Assembly: GCF_006345805.1 (NCBI RefSeq)
Contig: NC_043002.1
Location: 108,376,001-108,440,000 of the forward strand
Direction of reading: 5' to 3'
DNA from: Octopus sinensis
Lineage: Eukaryota
Length of the DNA: 64,000 nucleotides
The notes beneath the pieces are model-generated. The model saw only the letters and a list, made by a program, of their open reading frames with translations. It was not told where the DNA came from and did not search any database. This document shows positions 11,471-25,054 of this stretch, piece by piece; position 1 is the stretch's first letter; every line of letters begins with the position of its first letter. The position numbers and the translations under genes are program-made.

Positions 11471-13732
11471 CACCCGTCCCTGTCCCTTGATCATAGTTTA
11501 GCTTCTCCCTACATGGCATAGATGTATCTCTTTGTCTTCTATGACCTCACTCAGCTGAAAGGTCTTTTTCTTTGTTTTACAAGTTACTTGGTAACCCCAC
11601 TGGTGCTGGGGGCTGAGGAAAAAAGCATCCAATACACTTTGTAAAGTGGTTGGCATTAGCAACAGCATCAAACCATGTAAACCATGCCAAAAGAGACACC
11701 AGAGGCTCAATGCAGCTTTCTGACTTGTTAGATCTTCACCCTCTCAAAGCTGGGTCCCTGTGTCTAACTTCACCTGGGCTCTGGAGCAAAATGATAAATA
11801 ATTGCATATACAGCTCAAGAGTAACAATCACAGGTAAATTAATTAACAGAATTACCTGCATCTTCTTTTTCTATGTATGTGGTTCATTATTGTTTTACCA
11901 GGAATCCAGTGGTGATGATGTTTAACCTGTTCTCATTATAGTAGGAATATGGCATGACAGGGTTAAACTGTCCAACCTCTGCCAGCATGGGTTGAACGGA
12001 TGGGTGTGGCATGGGTTGAATGGATGGGTATGGCATGGGTTGAACGGATGTTGACTGATGATGCTGATGATGCAGTCTTGTTTATGCGATGCAACTGGAT
12101 TATTTCACATCTATTTTCTGGTGCGCTCCACTGCTTATTCTCTGTTCTCCCTATATACATCAGGTGGCCGATCAGGTATTAACTGTAACATGACCTGTTT
12201 ATTGAGTTTTTCAATAAAACTATGAAATAAAGTCTGTGTTTTGTTTATTGCCTTGAAAAACAACTTCGGCAACAACAAGGAAATTATTTCTAAATAATTT
12301 TTCCTTTATTCAAACTGATTTACAACAAAAATAAAAATAGATAAAAAATAAACAGAACAATGCTTCTTCTGAACAGAGGCAAAAACTATTAAACTTAATC
12401 TATGCCTGCGTCTGTCAGTAAACTGGGATTATTTTCCAAAACACATTTCAACAATCTCACACTCACAGATACTAGAGAGACATAGGAGCTAAAATCTCAA
12501 CAGTCAACTAACAAGATTCCAGTTCTCTAATGGTACTATTACTATTAATTGATTAATTGTGAAAATATTTTGCTAGGCAGGGGTGGGGGAGTGAGATAAC
12601 CTAACAAGTACTTTTCTATCCATGTATTGAAAAATTAATTATAAATCTCCCACATATCAAATTTTTACATTTATTTTTACAAAATATTGATTATTCACTT
12701 ATCATAAATTGACTACTTAGAGATGCTATCGGTATGAAATACAATAGTTAAATTACTGCGAATATATTTTGATGCAGTGTGCATTAAAATGCTAATTAAA
12801 AGCAACTATGTGGTGAAGAAAAAAAAAACAGTCAATGACTATAATAATATTGATATTATTTTGACACATAAAGGAGACAATTGCAGATGTTTCAGCCTTA
12901 TTACGAACTCATCAACAGAAATATGGCACCAGCCATACATGAGCAACTCAGTTGGTAGTGTTATACATTATAAACTTTTCTATGGACTTCAGTGGATAGC
13001 CCAGAGAAAATTGTTTAGAGAACAAGCTATTGAACTCCCTAACAAGGCTTTGGTCAACCTGAGGCTATAGTAGAAGACACTTGCCTAAGGTGCCACACAG
13101 TGAGACTGAACTCAGAACCATATGGTCGGTAAGCAAGCTTCTTACCATACAGCTACTCCTGCACCTATATATATTCCTGTGCCGGTGGCACGTAAAAAAG
13201 CACCCTCTACACTCATGGAGTGGTTGGCGTTATCAAGGGCATCCAGCTGTAGAAACACTGCCAGATCAGACTGGAGCCTGGTGTAGCCTCCTGGCTTCCC
13301 AGACCCCGGTCAAACCGTCCAACCCATACTAGCATGAAAAATGGATGTTAAACGATGATGATGATATATACACAGCAAGCTCCTTTCACTTTCCATCTAC
13401 CAAATCTACTCACAAGGCTCTGGTTGGCCCAAGGCTATTATAGTAGAAGACATTTATCAAAGGTGGTAAGCAATGGGACTGAACCTGGAACCATGTGGTT
13501 GGTAAGCAAGCTACTTACCACACAGCCACTCCTGCACCTATATTGTAGAAGTAAATGCAATTTCTTCCTCCTCCTAATCATTATCATCATTTAGCATCTG
13601 TTTGCCATGCTGGCATGTGTTGGATGGTTTGACTGGAATTGGTAAACCAGAGAGCTGGACCAGGCTCCAACAAAATTTGATATGGACACCAAAGGGTCAT
13701 GTGGACCCCAGCTGAGAACCACTAATCATAAA

Positions 13733-15475
13733 TCTCTGTACTTGGCTTTTGTTGACTTGGAGAAAGCCTTTGACAGGGTCCCCTCATCTGGTGGTCAATG
13801 CGGAAACTAGGGATAGATGAATAAGGTGAGTGTTGGCAATCTGTACAGTGAAGATTTCAAGTAGGGGTTCACCAAGGATTGGTCCTCAGCCTCCTCTTCA
13901 TCATATACCTCCAGGCAATAACAGAGAAATTTAAGACAGGCTGCCCCTGGGAGCTCCTCTATGCTGATGACTTTGTTCTTATAGCTAAATCACTACTGGA
14001 ACTATAGAAGAAGTTTCAGGTATGGATGCAAGGTCTAGAATTGAAGGGACTTAGAGTTAACCTAGCAAAAACCAAAATCTTAGTAAGTAGGAAGGCAGAC
14101 AAATCACAAATTTCTTCAGGTTAATGGCCCTGCTCTAACTGTAGAAAAGGTGTACGTAAAAATTCCATAAGTTGTACCTGGTGTAAGCTATGGACACATA
14201 AGAGGTGCAGTAATATCAAAGGAAGGTTAACAAGGAAAACAGCTTTTGTGTGTGGAAGATGCTCAGGCACTAGTGTAGATAGTGTGTGCCACCTGGGGCA
14301 GCCCTTCCATTTGCTACCCCCAGACCCAACAAAAAATGCATATTGCCTACAGCAGACCCAAAAGTGCCACCAAGGGTGGACTGCCTCTAGTCCTCCCCCA
14401 GGTACACTAGTGTGCACAGGTACAATAAACATCAAAAATCTACAGAAAATAGACTCCATCATCTGCCAGTGGGTAAGCTAGAGGTAGTTGGTAGCTTCTG
14501 TTCTCTAGGTGACCAAGTTAGTAGTGGAGGTGGATGCTCCAAGAGCATAGCTGTGAGAATAAGATTAGGCTGGGCAAAGTTCAGAGAGCTCTTACCTGTG
14601 CTGGCAGTAAAGGACCTCTCACTCAGATTGAAAGGTAGATTCTATGATGCCTCTGTGCAAACAGCTATGTTACACTGCAGCGAAACATGGGCTTTGACTA
14701 CAGAGGACTTGCAAAAGTTTGAGATAAATGAAGCCAGTATGCTTCGCTGGATATGCAATGTCAGTGTGCATGTTCGACAGAGTGTAAGCATTTTGAGAGA
14801 AAGGTTGGGCATAAGAGGCATCAGATGTGGTGTGCAAGAGAGATGACTGCACTGGTATGATCATGTGATGCATATGGCTGAAGACAGCTGTGCAAAGGAG
14901 TGCTGATCTCTAACTGTGGAGAGAACCTGTGGTAGAGGTGGACCCAGGAAGACATGGGATAAGGTGGTGAAGCATGATCTCCAAACTTTGGGCCTCACAG
15001 AGGCAATGACTGATGACTGAGACCTTTGGTGATATGCCGTGCTTGAGAAGGCACATCAAGCCAAGTGAAACTGTAGGCATGACTGATGCTGGTGTCACAT
15101 GACTGACACCTGTGCTGGTGGCACATAAAAAGCACTGTCAAGTGTGGGGCCTCATGAAGGCAAAGTGGTTGATGCCGGTGGCACATGAAAAGCTCCTTTC
15201 GAGTGTTGGGCCTCACAGAGGCCATGACCATAGACGTTTGGTATTATGTTGTGCTTGAGAAGAAGACCCATCAAGCCAAGTAAAATCACAGTCTTGGCAG
15301 ATACCAGTGTCACACAAATGGCACCTATGCCAGTGGCACGTAAAAGCACCCATTGCACTCTTAGAGTGGTTGGTGTTAATAAGGGAATTCAGTCATAAAA
15401 CCATGCCAAATCAGACTGGAGTTTGGTGCAACCTTGCAGCATGGACAACGAATGCTAAACGATGATGATGATGAT
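13733..15475 (+). mobile_element. 5'-truncated, decayed RTE-clade LINE (family 1): RT, Cys-rich insert, C-terminus, 3' UTR
   Basis: Translates LYLAFVDLEKAFDRVP, GVHQG, ELLYADD (13960-13971), CxxC..CxxC..HxxC, SETW, GRGGPRKTW with stops and frameshifts. Ends in (GAT)n. Confidence 0.95.
14268..14412. mobile_element. 145-bp MITE with 10-bp TIRs, hAT-like 8-bp TSD, inserted in the RTE ORF
   Basis: CACTAGTGTA..TACACTAGTG, flanked by TGCTCAGG and TGCACAGG. Confidence 0.75.
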
Positions 15476-16261
15476 AATATTTATATCCCACAAACAGTGG
15501 ATGTTGTGTTAGAACACAGAATACTGCATTATTTACCACGAGAGGACCTCTCTCTCATATGGGTTTGTGATGCATAAAAGCACTTGTGTTTATGTTGCTG
15601 ACTGGTGATAACTGTCTACTACAGCTGTCAACAGCAATATAAAAAGTGTGCAATATATAGAGTAGGAAAAAAAACAAAAACAAAAAAAAACCAGATGATA
15701 CACTGCAATGCTTCTTGGTTATATGTGATCATTGAGAAGACAAAAAAATGCAGCCCTTTGTCTCCTGAAACAATGACAAACAGCCAGAAATTCTAAATAG
15801 CAGCAAAATGAATCATCAGCTTTTTTTATTTTGCAAAATGTCTATTGTATGAATATGTCTGTATAATATGAAAGATAGTTTCTCATCTTACATATAACAA
15901 GTGCAATTCAAAACCTGTCAAGGCTTTGGATTGCACTTGAAATAAATCCACTGTATCTAATGTGTCTTACAGCTCTGCTTAAGATTGTGAAGTTAAGTTT
16001 TATAACAAATGACAAAATGATTTTTCCAGTTTTATTACGACATTTGCAGAGCTTTTGGTTCGTTTCTTTGTGTTTTGTTTTGTTGTTCTTTTTTTTTTTT
16101 TGGCTTTCTTTTCCTTCTAACACAAGTGAACTATATTTGCTTATTGTGTTTTTTTCAAAGATAGAATGGACATTTGTACAAAAGCTCTTCTAACTTTCTA
16201 ACCAAATACTTTTCTTGCAAGGTAACACATATGCAAAGAGAACACTAATATATGAATGCAG

Positions 16262-17050
16262 TATTTGCCTTGCCTTGAGCAGCATTCACCCAGGGTGGGT
16301 TGAGCTGGCTTCATTCATTCTCAATGCTGCATCTCTCACAAATGCCGACCAGGGCTGGCGATTTGAGGCTAACGACCACGTGATCTCCAACCACTCCCTA
16401 TTTCAGCAGCGAACGCCGTAGACATGGGGGTTCCAGATCAGCCTTGACTGTCATCAGCCAGGTTTTTCGTTGTCCACCAAATCGCTTTCGCTAACCCTGA
16501 AGGGGAGCTGGGGCAATTGCTTTGTAGATGAATTCTCCTGGTTGACGATGAAGGGCATGACCCAGCCAACGCAGACGTCTCGTTAGGATGAGTTGTCGGA
16601 GGGAGGTGATTTTGCACTGGTGTCGCACTGAATTGTTGGAGACAAAGTTATGCCATCGGACACGAAGGATGCGGCATAGAGATGATCGAAGGATTTTAGT
16701 CGCTTAATATCTTCCACCCTCATTGGCCATGACTCACTGCCATAAAGGAGAATCGTTCGCACTAGTGCTTGGTAGATCTGTACTTTAGTGGTGTATTGGA
16801 TCTCAGATCTTGACCAGAGTCATGCATTGAGTCGGTTGAAGGCTTGGCAAGCGAGGTCGATTCATGTTTTAATGTCAGCCTCACCTTGACCTGTGGCTGT
16901 AATGATGGCGCCAAGGTATTTGAAACTCTCAACCTCTTCAAGAATATCACCATTAAGGACAATGGGTGTTTTGTCTGGTGGGGCGAAGCTGGCTGTGAGG
17001 ATTTTGGTCTTCGAGGCATTGACTTTCATACCAATCTGCGATGCAACACA
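16262..17050 (-). mobile_element. RTE-clade LINE 3' fragment (family 2)
   Basis: Minus strand gives IGMKVNASKTK..EEVESFKYLG..VRTILLYGSESW..RRLRWLGHALHR..SSTHPG*, then a (CAAGG)n tail. Confidence 0.92.
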
Positions 17051-17168
17051 CTAGATCTCATTGATAGTATTTAGTTTGGAATGGCTCATTCCAATCTGTT
17101 GAAATAAACTATAATTCAATTGATTGATCTTGTTGGAGTTATCCCCCTTACTTGTTTTCAGATTTTAA

Positions 17169-17388
17169 CCCTTTTGTTACTAACCCGGCCAAAACCGGCT
17201 CTGGCTCTGTGGTAAAATGTCTTGTTTTCATAAGTTTTGAATTAAAATCCTCCACCAAGCCTTAGTCACAATTTACGTTCCTAACACTAGCTTAATGATA
17301 ACGAAGTTATTTTACTAAATTCTTTGTTATATTGAAAATAATTGAAAGAAACACAGAGCATCTCAAGATAAATACAGTAACGAAAGAG
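17169..17388. mobile_element. piggyBac-type MITE
   Basis: TTAA on both sides, same family as 7933-8153 in opposite orientation. Confidence 0.88.
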
Positions 17389-17827
17389 TTAAACACTCTC
17401 AAAGAAAGTTTTTATCTACATGGGCAATCTCAATCAAAGCTTTCTATCTCACCATATTGCATACATTAGATCCTACTTTATTGATACTTAGTACACAGAC
17501 TGCTTCTCTGGGATATTTCCATCAGCCATATTGTTAAACTAAAATGATTGTAGTTTCATTTCAGAGGCTTTCTCTAGATTAGTTCATCAGGTGAATCAAT
17601 AAGACTTCTACATACTTTCTCAACCTACTAAAAATAGCAGCAATCATACCCTACCATCTTAATAGAAATAAAGCACATATTTGATATAATGTTGCCCTTT
17701 GATTAGAAAGTCTACTGACCTGGGGTTAAACAAAAACTGTTTCTTCCAAAGCACTATAGATGTTTAATGTTTATTTTTTTTTTTAACACTGAAACATGAA
17801 TTTTAACATTTTGAATAATGCAAATAT

Positions 17828-18708
17828 CTTTTACTCGTTTACTTGTTTCAGTCACTTGACTGCAGCCATGCTGGAGCACCACCTTTAGTTGAGCAAATCG
17901 ACCCCAGGACTTATTCTTTGTAAGCCTAGTACTTATTCTATCGGTCTCTTTTGCCGAACTGCTAAGTTACAGGGATGTAAACACACCAGCATCGGTTGTC
18001 AGTGTTGGGTGGGGGGGACAAACACACATATATACACACACATACATACACATATATATATATACATATATATATATTTCTTTACTACCCACAAGAGGTT
18101 AAACATAGAGGGGACAAACAAGGACAGACAAAGGGATTAAATCGATTACATCGACCCCAGTGCGAAACTGGTACTTTATTTATCGACCCCGAAAGGATGA
18201 AAGGCAAAGTCGTCCACGGCGGAATTTGAACTTAGAACGTAGCGACAGATAAAATACCGTTAAGCATTTCGCCCGGCGCGCTAACGTGTCTGCCAGCTCG
18301 CCACCTATATATATATATACATATATACAACGGGCTTCTTTCAGTTTCTGTCTACTAAATCTACTCACAAGGCTTTAGTTGGCCTGAGGTTATGGTGGAA
18401 GACACTTGCCTAAGGTGCCATGTAGTGGGATTGAACCTGGAACCATGTGGTTCATAAGCAAGCTACTTACCACACAGCCACTCCTACGCCTATACTCTTT
18501 ACTCTTTTACTTGTTTCAGTCATTTGACTGTGGCCATGCTGGAGCACCGCCTTTAGTCGAGCAAATCGACCCCGGGACTTATTCTTTGTAAGCCCAGTAC
18601 TTATTCTATCAGTCTCTTTTGCCGAATCGCTAAGTGACAGGGACGTAAACACACCAGCATCGGTTGTCAAGCAATGCTAGAGGGACAAACACAGACACAC
18701 AAACATAT

Positions 18709-18751
<43 letters not shown>

Positions 18752-18917
18752 CGACAGGCTTCTTTCAGTTTCCGTCTACCAAATCCACTCACAAGTAATT
18801 GGTCGGCCCGAGGCTATAGCAGAAGACACTTGCCCAAGCTGCCACGCAGTGGGACTGAACCCGGAACCATGTGGTTGGTAAGCAAGCTATTTACCACACA
18901 GCCACTCCTGTGCCTAT
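17828..18917 (-). mobile_element. Two tandem SINE-B; the first has a SINE-A2 (18076-18305) in its internal (TA)n
   Basis: B body 17828-18075 resumes at 18306. The second B copy starts directly at 18493. Confidence 0.9.
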
Positions 18918-19399
18918 GATAAAAATAAATGAATATAAATTAAATAAGTTTTAATTAATCAAAAACAAACCCTAACATAAAGAAGGGAGCTTCTGCATGG
19001 TCATTTGACATACAAGAAACAGCAGGCAAATCTTCCTCAAATCATACCTTACCACCTAATGCCTTCAATAATAAGGTCAAACTGAACAAAAGATTAAATA
19101 AGCAAGTAATTCATATTACCAGCTAATAGATTTTTTAAACAAATACAAAGCTACCCCTTGAAAGGGAATTTACTTTATGTGTTCTTAAATTTCCCGTGAT
19201 ATTCTGTATTGATACCTGGATTTAGCAGGGTATCTATAAAACTTGATCTTTATGATATATTCTAAAGAAGGGACTGTTGTTGAGTTTATTTGTTATAGGG
19301 CTGAATGCAACTCCTTGAACCAGCTGTGTTCTCTAGTATTACAGTCACATGTGAAAAAACAACAAGCTGTAGACATCATCTTCAACAAGTTTCCAAATT

Positions 19400-19580
19400 T
19401 CATCACCTGTCACATGTGTAGTTGTGTCTCCTCCTACAAACCGAACAGGATTGCAGGGGCACTAAGAAAACATGGATTGTGCAAGTCCAGAAGCCAACAA
19501 AAGGTGTCTTCAGTCCCAGCAGACTACAAGTGCCCAACCTGTAGCAGAACCTTCTGAGAACACATCGACCTGATTGATTT
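19400..19580 (+). mobile_element. RTE (BovB-like) extreme C-terminal fragment
   Basis: YKCPTCSRTF*EHIDL matches the CxxCxxxFxxxIGLxSH terminal zinc finger. Confidence 0.55.
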
Positions 19581-19804
19581 ACCATCGTAAAAGCACCCAC
19601 TACACTGTCGGAGTGGTTGGTGTTAGGAAGGGCATCCAGCTGTAGAAACTCTGCCAGATCAAGATTGGAGCCTGGTGCAGCCATCTGGTTTGCCAGTCCT
19701 CAGTCAAATTGTCCAACCCATGCCAGCATGGAAAGCAGACGTTAAACGATGATGATCTTCTCCCATGTGAGATACTTTGTCGTCGTCAGAAGAACAGTCT
19801 TTAT

Positions 19805-20001
19805 CTTGCTTTCAAATTCTGGCACAATGCCAGCATGTTCCGGGGAGGGGCCAAATCGTTTACATCAACCTCAGTGTTCAACTGGTACTTATTTTAAGGA
19901 CCCCGAAAGGATAAAAGGCAAAGTCGACCTCGGCGGAATTTGAACTCAGAACGTAACGGCAGACGAAATACCGCTAAACCTTTCGCCCGGTGTGCTAACG
20001 A
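19805..20001 (-). mobile_element. SINE-A1 copy
   Basis: Reverse complement of the family A consensus. Confidence 0.88.
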
Positions 20002-20079
20002 CAACATTGATGGGCACAAAATTTAGAACTATAAATATCATTAAATATAATGATATTTACAAGTGTGTGTGTGTGTGTT

Positions 20080-21060
20080 CAAAGAGAGAATGAATGAACG
20101 AGAAAAGAGAAAATGATTGGTCATTTAGAAACCTATTCCACCACCATCGCCACCACCCCTTTTACCGTTTGCTTTTTTCAAGCTTTCTACACATGAAATG
20201 TACTGAAACCAATTTGCTTACTTAAAAAGTAAAGTCACAGACAAGTCAAACAACACCACACACATAACTGTAACATTGTGCGACAATCTCTGGCAATACC
20301 TGCAACACGGACAGGTATTATTGAGATATAAATGCTCTTAGATATAATTGTTTGTATTGTAAAGTGTCTCATAAAAGCCATGAAAGACGAAGACAAAACA
20401 AAGATAAAGACTGTTTATCAAATACAGCGGCTTTACTGGTATGAAGTGTTTCAAGTCTGGAAACAAAACCCATAGAAATGAGTGCAACACGTTGATATGC
20501 CGTGAATGTAAGGTTAAGTAAAAGTTTACACGTGTATAGGGGTGTGTTTGTGTGTGTGTGTATACACGCACACGCACAGAGACAGAGAACTGGCAGTGAC
20601 CCATTAAGTGACTTGAGTCAGGGATGTCGATGTTTTTTTTCGTCTCGAGGTCAAATTGAAATGAGGTTAAAAGTAGAGAACAAATAAAATTCTTGAACTC
20701 TATCAAAACAACGAAGAGAAAGAAAACAAAAAAAGAGTAAATTATTTTTCTTCGTTCTAACGGGGACCTCCTCGTGTTTTTCATAATGTTCCTTAACAAC
20801 GAATCCATTAACCTTTCTTTTGTGTACCGTAAAAGGACTTCCGACACAAATGGCATCCCCACCTCTTTATCTATCCATCTCTCCCTACCTCTCTCTTGCC
20901 GTCTCCATCTATCTCTTAAAGAGAGAGAGAGAGAGATCTACCTCTATCTCTTTCTCTCAATTACCTTTTCAAATGAATACAGTAAAGAACCGCTCGTATA
21001 TTTGTGATATATGAATGTTTATCAAAAGACTTTTCCTAGTCCATTAGAAGCTGTGAAATT
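20080..21060. promoter_or_regulatory. CpG-retaining unique region, candidate promoter or enhancer
   Basis: About 18 CpGs counted by eye in 20480-21010. ATTGG near 20117, TGAGTCA near 20614, ACTTCCG near 20837, (GA)n near 20920. No repeat family recognised. Confidence 0.35.
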
Positions 21061-21829
21061 CACGTACGTGCCCATTAATTCATTACCTCTTTAACTTGTA
21101 TGTTTTGAGTTGTTGCTTGGCCCCAGGTCAGTCCTTAGCAGATGTATGACCAAAAGTACTCCAGTCAAGACTTACTTTTTAACTTTTTGCTTAAAGCTCA
21201 GTTTTGAAGAAAAAGTATCCAGTTAATACTTTTCAAAGACCTGTACGGCTTGGTTTGAGTAACATTTTGCTGTTGTTTCTAGTAGGTCGAGCGACCATGT
21301 AAAAACTCCTTTATTGGTTCGTTGTCCCCCAATTGGAGGACATATTGACACCTAACAGCCTTCTTGGGGCACTCAGCTTAATTATTTAAAAACACCCCTG
21401 TATTTAATATATTTCTTCATGCATGTATGTCTTTGAAGAATGATTCTCTTAAATTAAAGGATTGTTAATTAATTATATATAATATTATTAAAAAAAACAC
21501 AGAATGCCACAAACTTACAGATGGCAGTTTCCTTGTTGCACTTCGTGCTCTCACTGTTTTCAGCTTGTCAAACATACATTTTATATTCTAATCCATCCAG
21601 AACTATTGTTTTTAGTGGTGTTATTATTTCCGGTTTAGTTTCAGATTTAGAATTTTTCATAAAATATCTTGCCCTTGATTTTTTTTTAGTTATTTCCTGC
21701 TTACAAACAATAACTCTGAGCACCTTTTCAAACTCCACCTGTCAAACACCCGTGGACATGTTTACAAAGTCAGAAAACAGCACAGCTCCCATGACTTTCG
21801 GAAACATTTTTTCAGGCTAAGAGTTGCTG

Positions 21830-22065
21830 AAGCATCAGTTGTTAGTTGTCGGAGCACTGCATCCTTCAAAACTTCCATGCTTCCTGAGATTCGCCAACAC
21901 TACACCTGATTTTCTCCCCTCCATACACACGCAAGCATGTATCTGACTCATACACTGTTCACTTCCAAGACATTTGTACATTACTGCATATGCTTTATAC
22001 GCACTTTTGACAAGTTATGGTGCACCTGAGCACTGTATACAATAATTTCATCATTATTATTATAT
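21830..22065 (+). mobile_element. LINE-like 3' end with (TTA)n tail, unclassified
   Basis: GTGCACCTGAGCACT.TA.ACAATAATTTCATCAT shared with 52400-52460. Confidence 0.55.
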
Positions 22066-22112
22066 TAGCAATAATAAATCTCTGAACGAGATATAAACAG
22101 TAACTGCACGAC

Positions 22113-22345
22113 AATGTGAGGTATACTAGCCATCTCAATATGGCTAACCACTAAGGGTGGGTGTTACTGTAGCTTGTAGCCCCAGGAGAACATCATCTCC
22201 AGCTGGCTTTAGGCACACTTTCTGTGCCCTTATGGTATTGTGTGCCTAAAGCCAGCTGGAGACGATGTTCTCCTGGGGCTACAAGCTACAATAACACCCA
22301 CCCTTAGTGGTTAGCCATATTGAGATGGCTAGTATACCTCACATT
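22113..22345. repeat. Near-perfect inverted repeat (106-bp arms, 21-bp spacer)
   Basis: 22113-22218 is the reverse complement of 22240-22345 with 2 mismatches seen. Confidence 0.95.
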
Positions 22346-22885
22346 ATTATTATATTCAATTTTGTAAAAGAGAAATAAGCCGTCAACAATAATGAAAACA
22401 AAAGAATTGGTCAGTCCCATCCAGTTTCAAAGGAAGCCAAAATTGCATGCATAAACAAACTTAGGATGCAGATGTCTTATATGAGAAACATAGAGATTGT
22501 CACATCACTTCATTACCTGCTTAAGAATGAGCTTTCCCCACATCAGTATGCTGAAAACTAACAGGGCTTCTTGACTAGAAATGTGTCACAACAGCTCATC
22601 AAAATGGACTTAATGAAGTCAGATTGACAAAAAATTAAATGTTCAGTAAGTATTAGAGCTTAATAATTATTGGGTGGTTTTAATTGCCTCTGTTTGGTAA
22701 GATGGTTCCATGGTTTCCAGGAGGAGAAAAGCATACAGAAATATGGGTTAAAAGATCCTATGTGTTTCTTAAGAGCAGCACTGATATACTACTATATATT
22801 GAGTATAATTCAACCATTGAATGGTATGATATAAGTGTAAACGATGATGATGATGATTATATATATATATCATTATATTTATATA

Positions 22886-23703
22886 TGGGCCGTGACTGCT
22901 GAGGATATGCGTAAGCTCGCAAGAAATGAAGCCAGTATGCTCCGATGGATGTGTAATGTCAGTGTTCATACTTGACAGAGTGTAAGTACCTTGAGAGAAA
23001 AGTTGGACCTAAGAAGCATCAGTTGTGGTATGCAAGAGAGACGTTTGCGCTGGTATGGTCATGTGGCAAGAATGGATGAAGATAGTTGTGTGAAAAAGTG
23101 CCACACCCTAGCGGTTGAGGGAACCTGTGGAAGAGGTAGACCCAGGAAAATCTGGGACGAGGTGGTGAAGCACGACCTTTGAACTTTAGGTCTCACCGAG
23201 GAAATGACTAGAGACTGAGACTTATGGAAGTATGCTGTGCGTGAGAAGACCCAGCAGGACAAGTGAGACCATAACCTTTGGCCTCTACCTGGGATGTAGC
23301 CAGTCCACTTATGCATACCTTTCCTTCTTGGGACACAAAACTCTACTTGTGAAGACCTGTTGAGGCAAGTGAGAATCAGAATCAAAATCGAAATTGATCA
23401 ACATCAATGGAAATTGTTGCTGTGATACCAGTGCCGGTGGCACGTAAGCGAACTAGCCGAACGTGGCCGTTGCCAGTGCCGCCCCGACGGGCATCCGTGC
23501 CGGTGGCCGTTTTCCAGCCTCATCTGGCACGTAAAAAGCACCCACTACACTCACGGAGTGGTTGGCGTTAGGAAGGGCATCCAGCCGTAGAAACATTGCC
23601 AGATCAGACTGGGCCTGGTGCAGCCTTCTGGCTTCCCAGACCCCAGTTGAACCGTCCAACCCATGCTAGCATGGAAAGCGGATGCTAAATGATGATGATG
23701 ATC
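22886..23703 (+). mobile_element. 5'-truncated RTE family 1 copy (C-terminus plus 3' UTR)
   Basis: RRLRWYGHVARMDEDSCVKKC..GRGRPRKIWDEVV, then a UTR ending in (GAT)n. Confidence 0.95.
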
Positions 23704-24159
23704 ATCATCATCCATCATTTTGAATCCGGGTTTTGTCCCCGTTAACGGGGATGGTTGGATCTCCCTCAATGCCATAGCAACCACCCTCACACCATCTCAC
23801 CATCTTGCCTGGGTTTGGGCGTCCTCCTTCCTCAAGCCAACCCTCCCAATCTCCTCTTCCACCTGTCCCCTCTACGTTTTCCTCACTCTATCTCGTTTTC
23901 ACTGTCCATAGAATAAACTCAATATTATTAAATTCCACCAAGATAGACTTTGCCGTTCATCCTTTTGGGGTTAATAAAATAAGTACCAATCAAGTACTGG
24001 AGTCGATGTAATCAAATTCCCCCTCCCCTCAAAAGCTGCTGGCCCTGTACCAACATTTGAAAGTATGGTTTTATAAGTCACTAAGTAACAAAGGACATCA
24101 TTGCCCCTTTCAAATTCTCATAGTGTATCTTGAACAAAGGGTAAAGACCTCCTTCAGTC

Positions 24160-24478
24160 ATGAATGACCATGGGATTGCACGTAGAAAGTTCCCCTTTGA
24201 TACACAAGTCTGGGCAAGGTTGGTTATGTAAGAGCAGTAATCACACATGCATATCAGCTTCTCCACTTCATGCCACCGATGTTACCCAAAGGAAAGCTAA
24301 AGGCTGATAAAGCTTGGCATCAGTGATGTCACAACTCATTTCTACAGCCAAGTGAACTGGAGCAATGTTAAATAAAGTGTCTTGCTCAAGGACACAACAC
24401 ACAGCCTGGTCTGGGAATTAAACTCACTACCTCTGATTGGGAACCAACTCTCTAACCACTGAGCTATGCACCTTCACT
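24160..24478 (-). mobile_element. V-SINE-like tRNA-headed SINE
   Basis: Minus strand: GCTCAGTGGTTAGAG..TGTGTCCTTGAGCAAGACACTTTATTT..TTGCTCCAGTTCAC. Confidence 0.7.
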
Positions 24479-25054
24479 TGAATAAGTCAGTGTTTTTCCC
24501 TTTGTCAGAGGGGGAAGGACAGGGTCTCAGATGCCAGTTAGGGAGAAAAGAAGAGGACAATAAACCATGGCTCATAAGATGCTGTTAGAATGGGCAGTAT
24601 CTCAAGATACCAATTCCAGACTAGAGACCAGATCTGAATATTTATAACAGAGGGCTAACAGCACCTGAAGGGCCAGAAAGTTGGGCGAAACTGGGCTAAA
24701 TTATTAGCCCAAAGAAACCTATCCATCACATCTTTTCAGGTTTTATGCAGGATAACATGCCAGACATTTAATTAAGACTTCCTTCCATCAATGTTGCAGG
24801 TAGATACACTGATGTATATGAGTGTGTGTGTGTGTATAAAAGCAACATTTAATGTCTATTTTCCATGCTGGCATAAGTTGCACAGTTTGACAGGAGCTGG
24901 CAAGCCTGGAGAGCTGCACAAGGCCCCAATTGATTGCTTTCGCATGATTTCTATGGCTGGATGCCTTTCCTAATGCCAACCACTTTACAGAGTGTAGTGG
25001 ATGCTTTTTACATAGCACCAGTACGTATTATATGGCATCAACACAAGTGCTTTG

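Noticed and set aside
20338-20862. 174-aa minus-strand ORF
   Set aside because: Low-complexity Phe/Val/Leu-rich reading across T-runs and (CA)n, with no domain.
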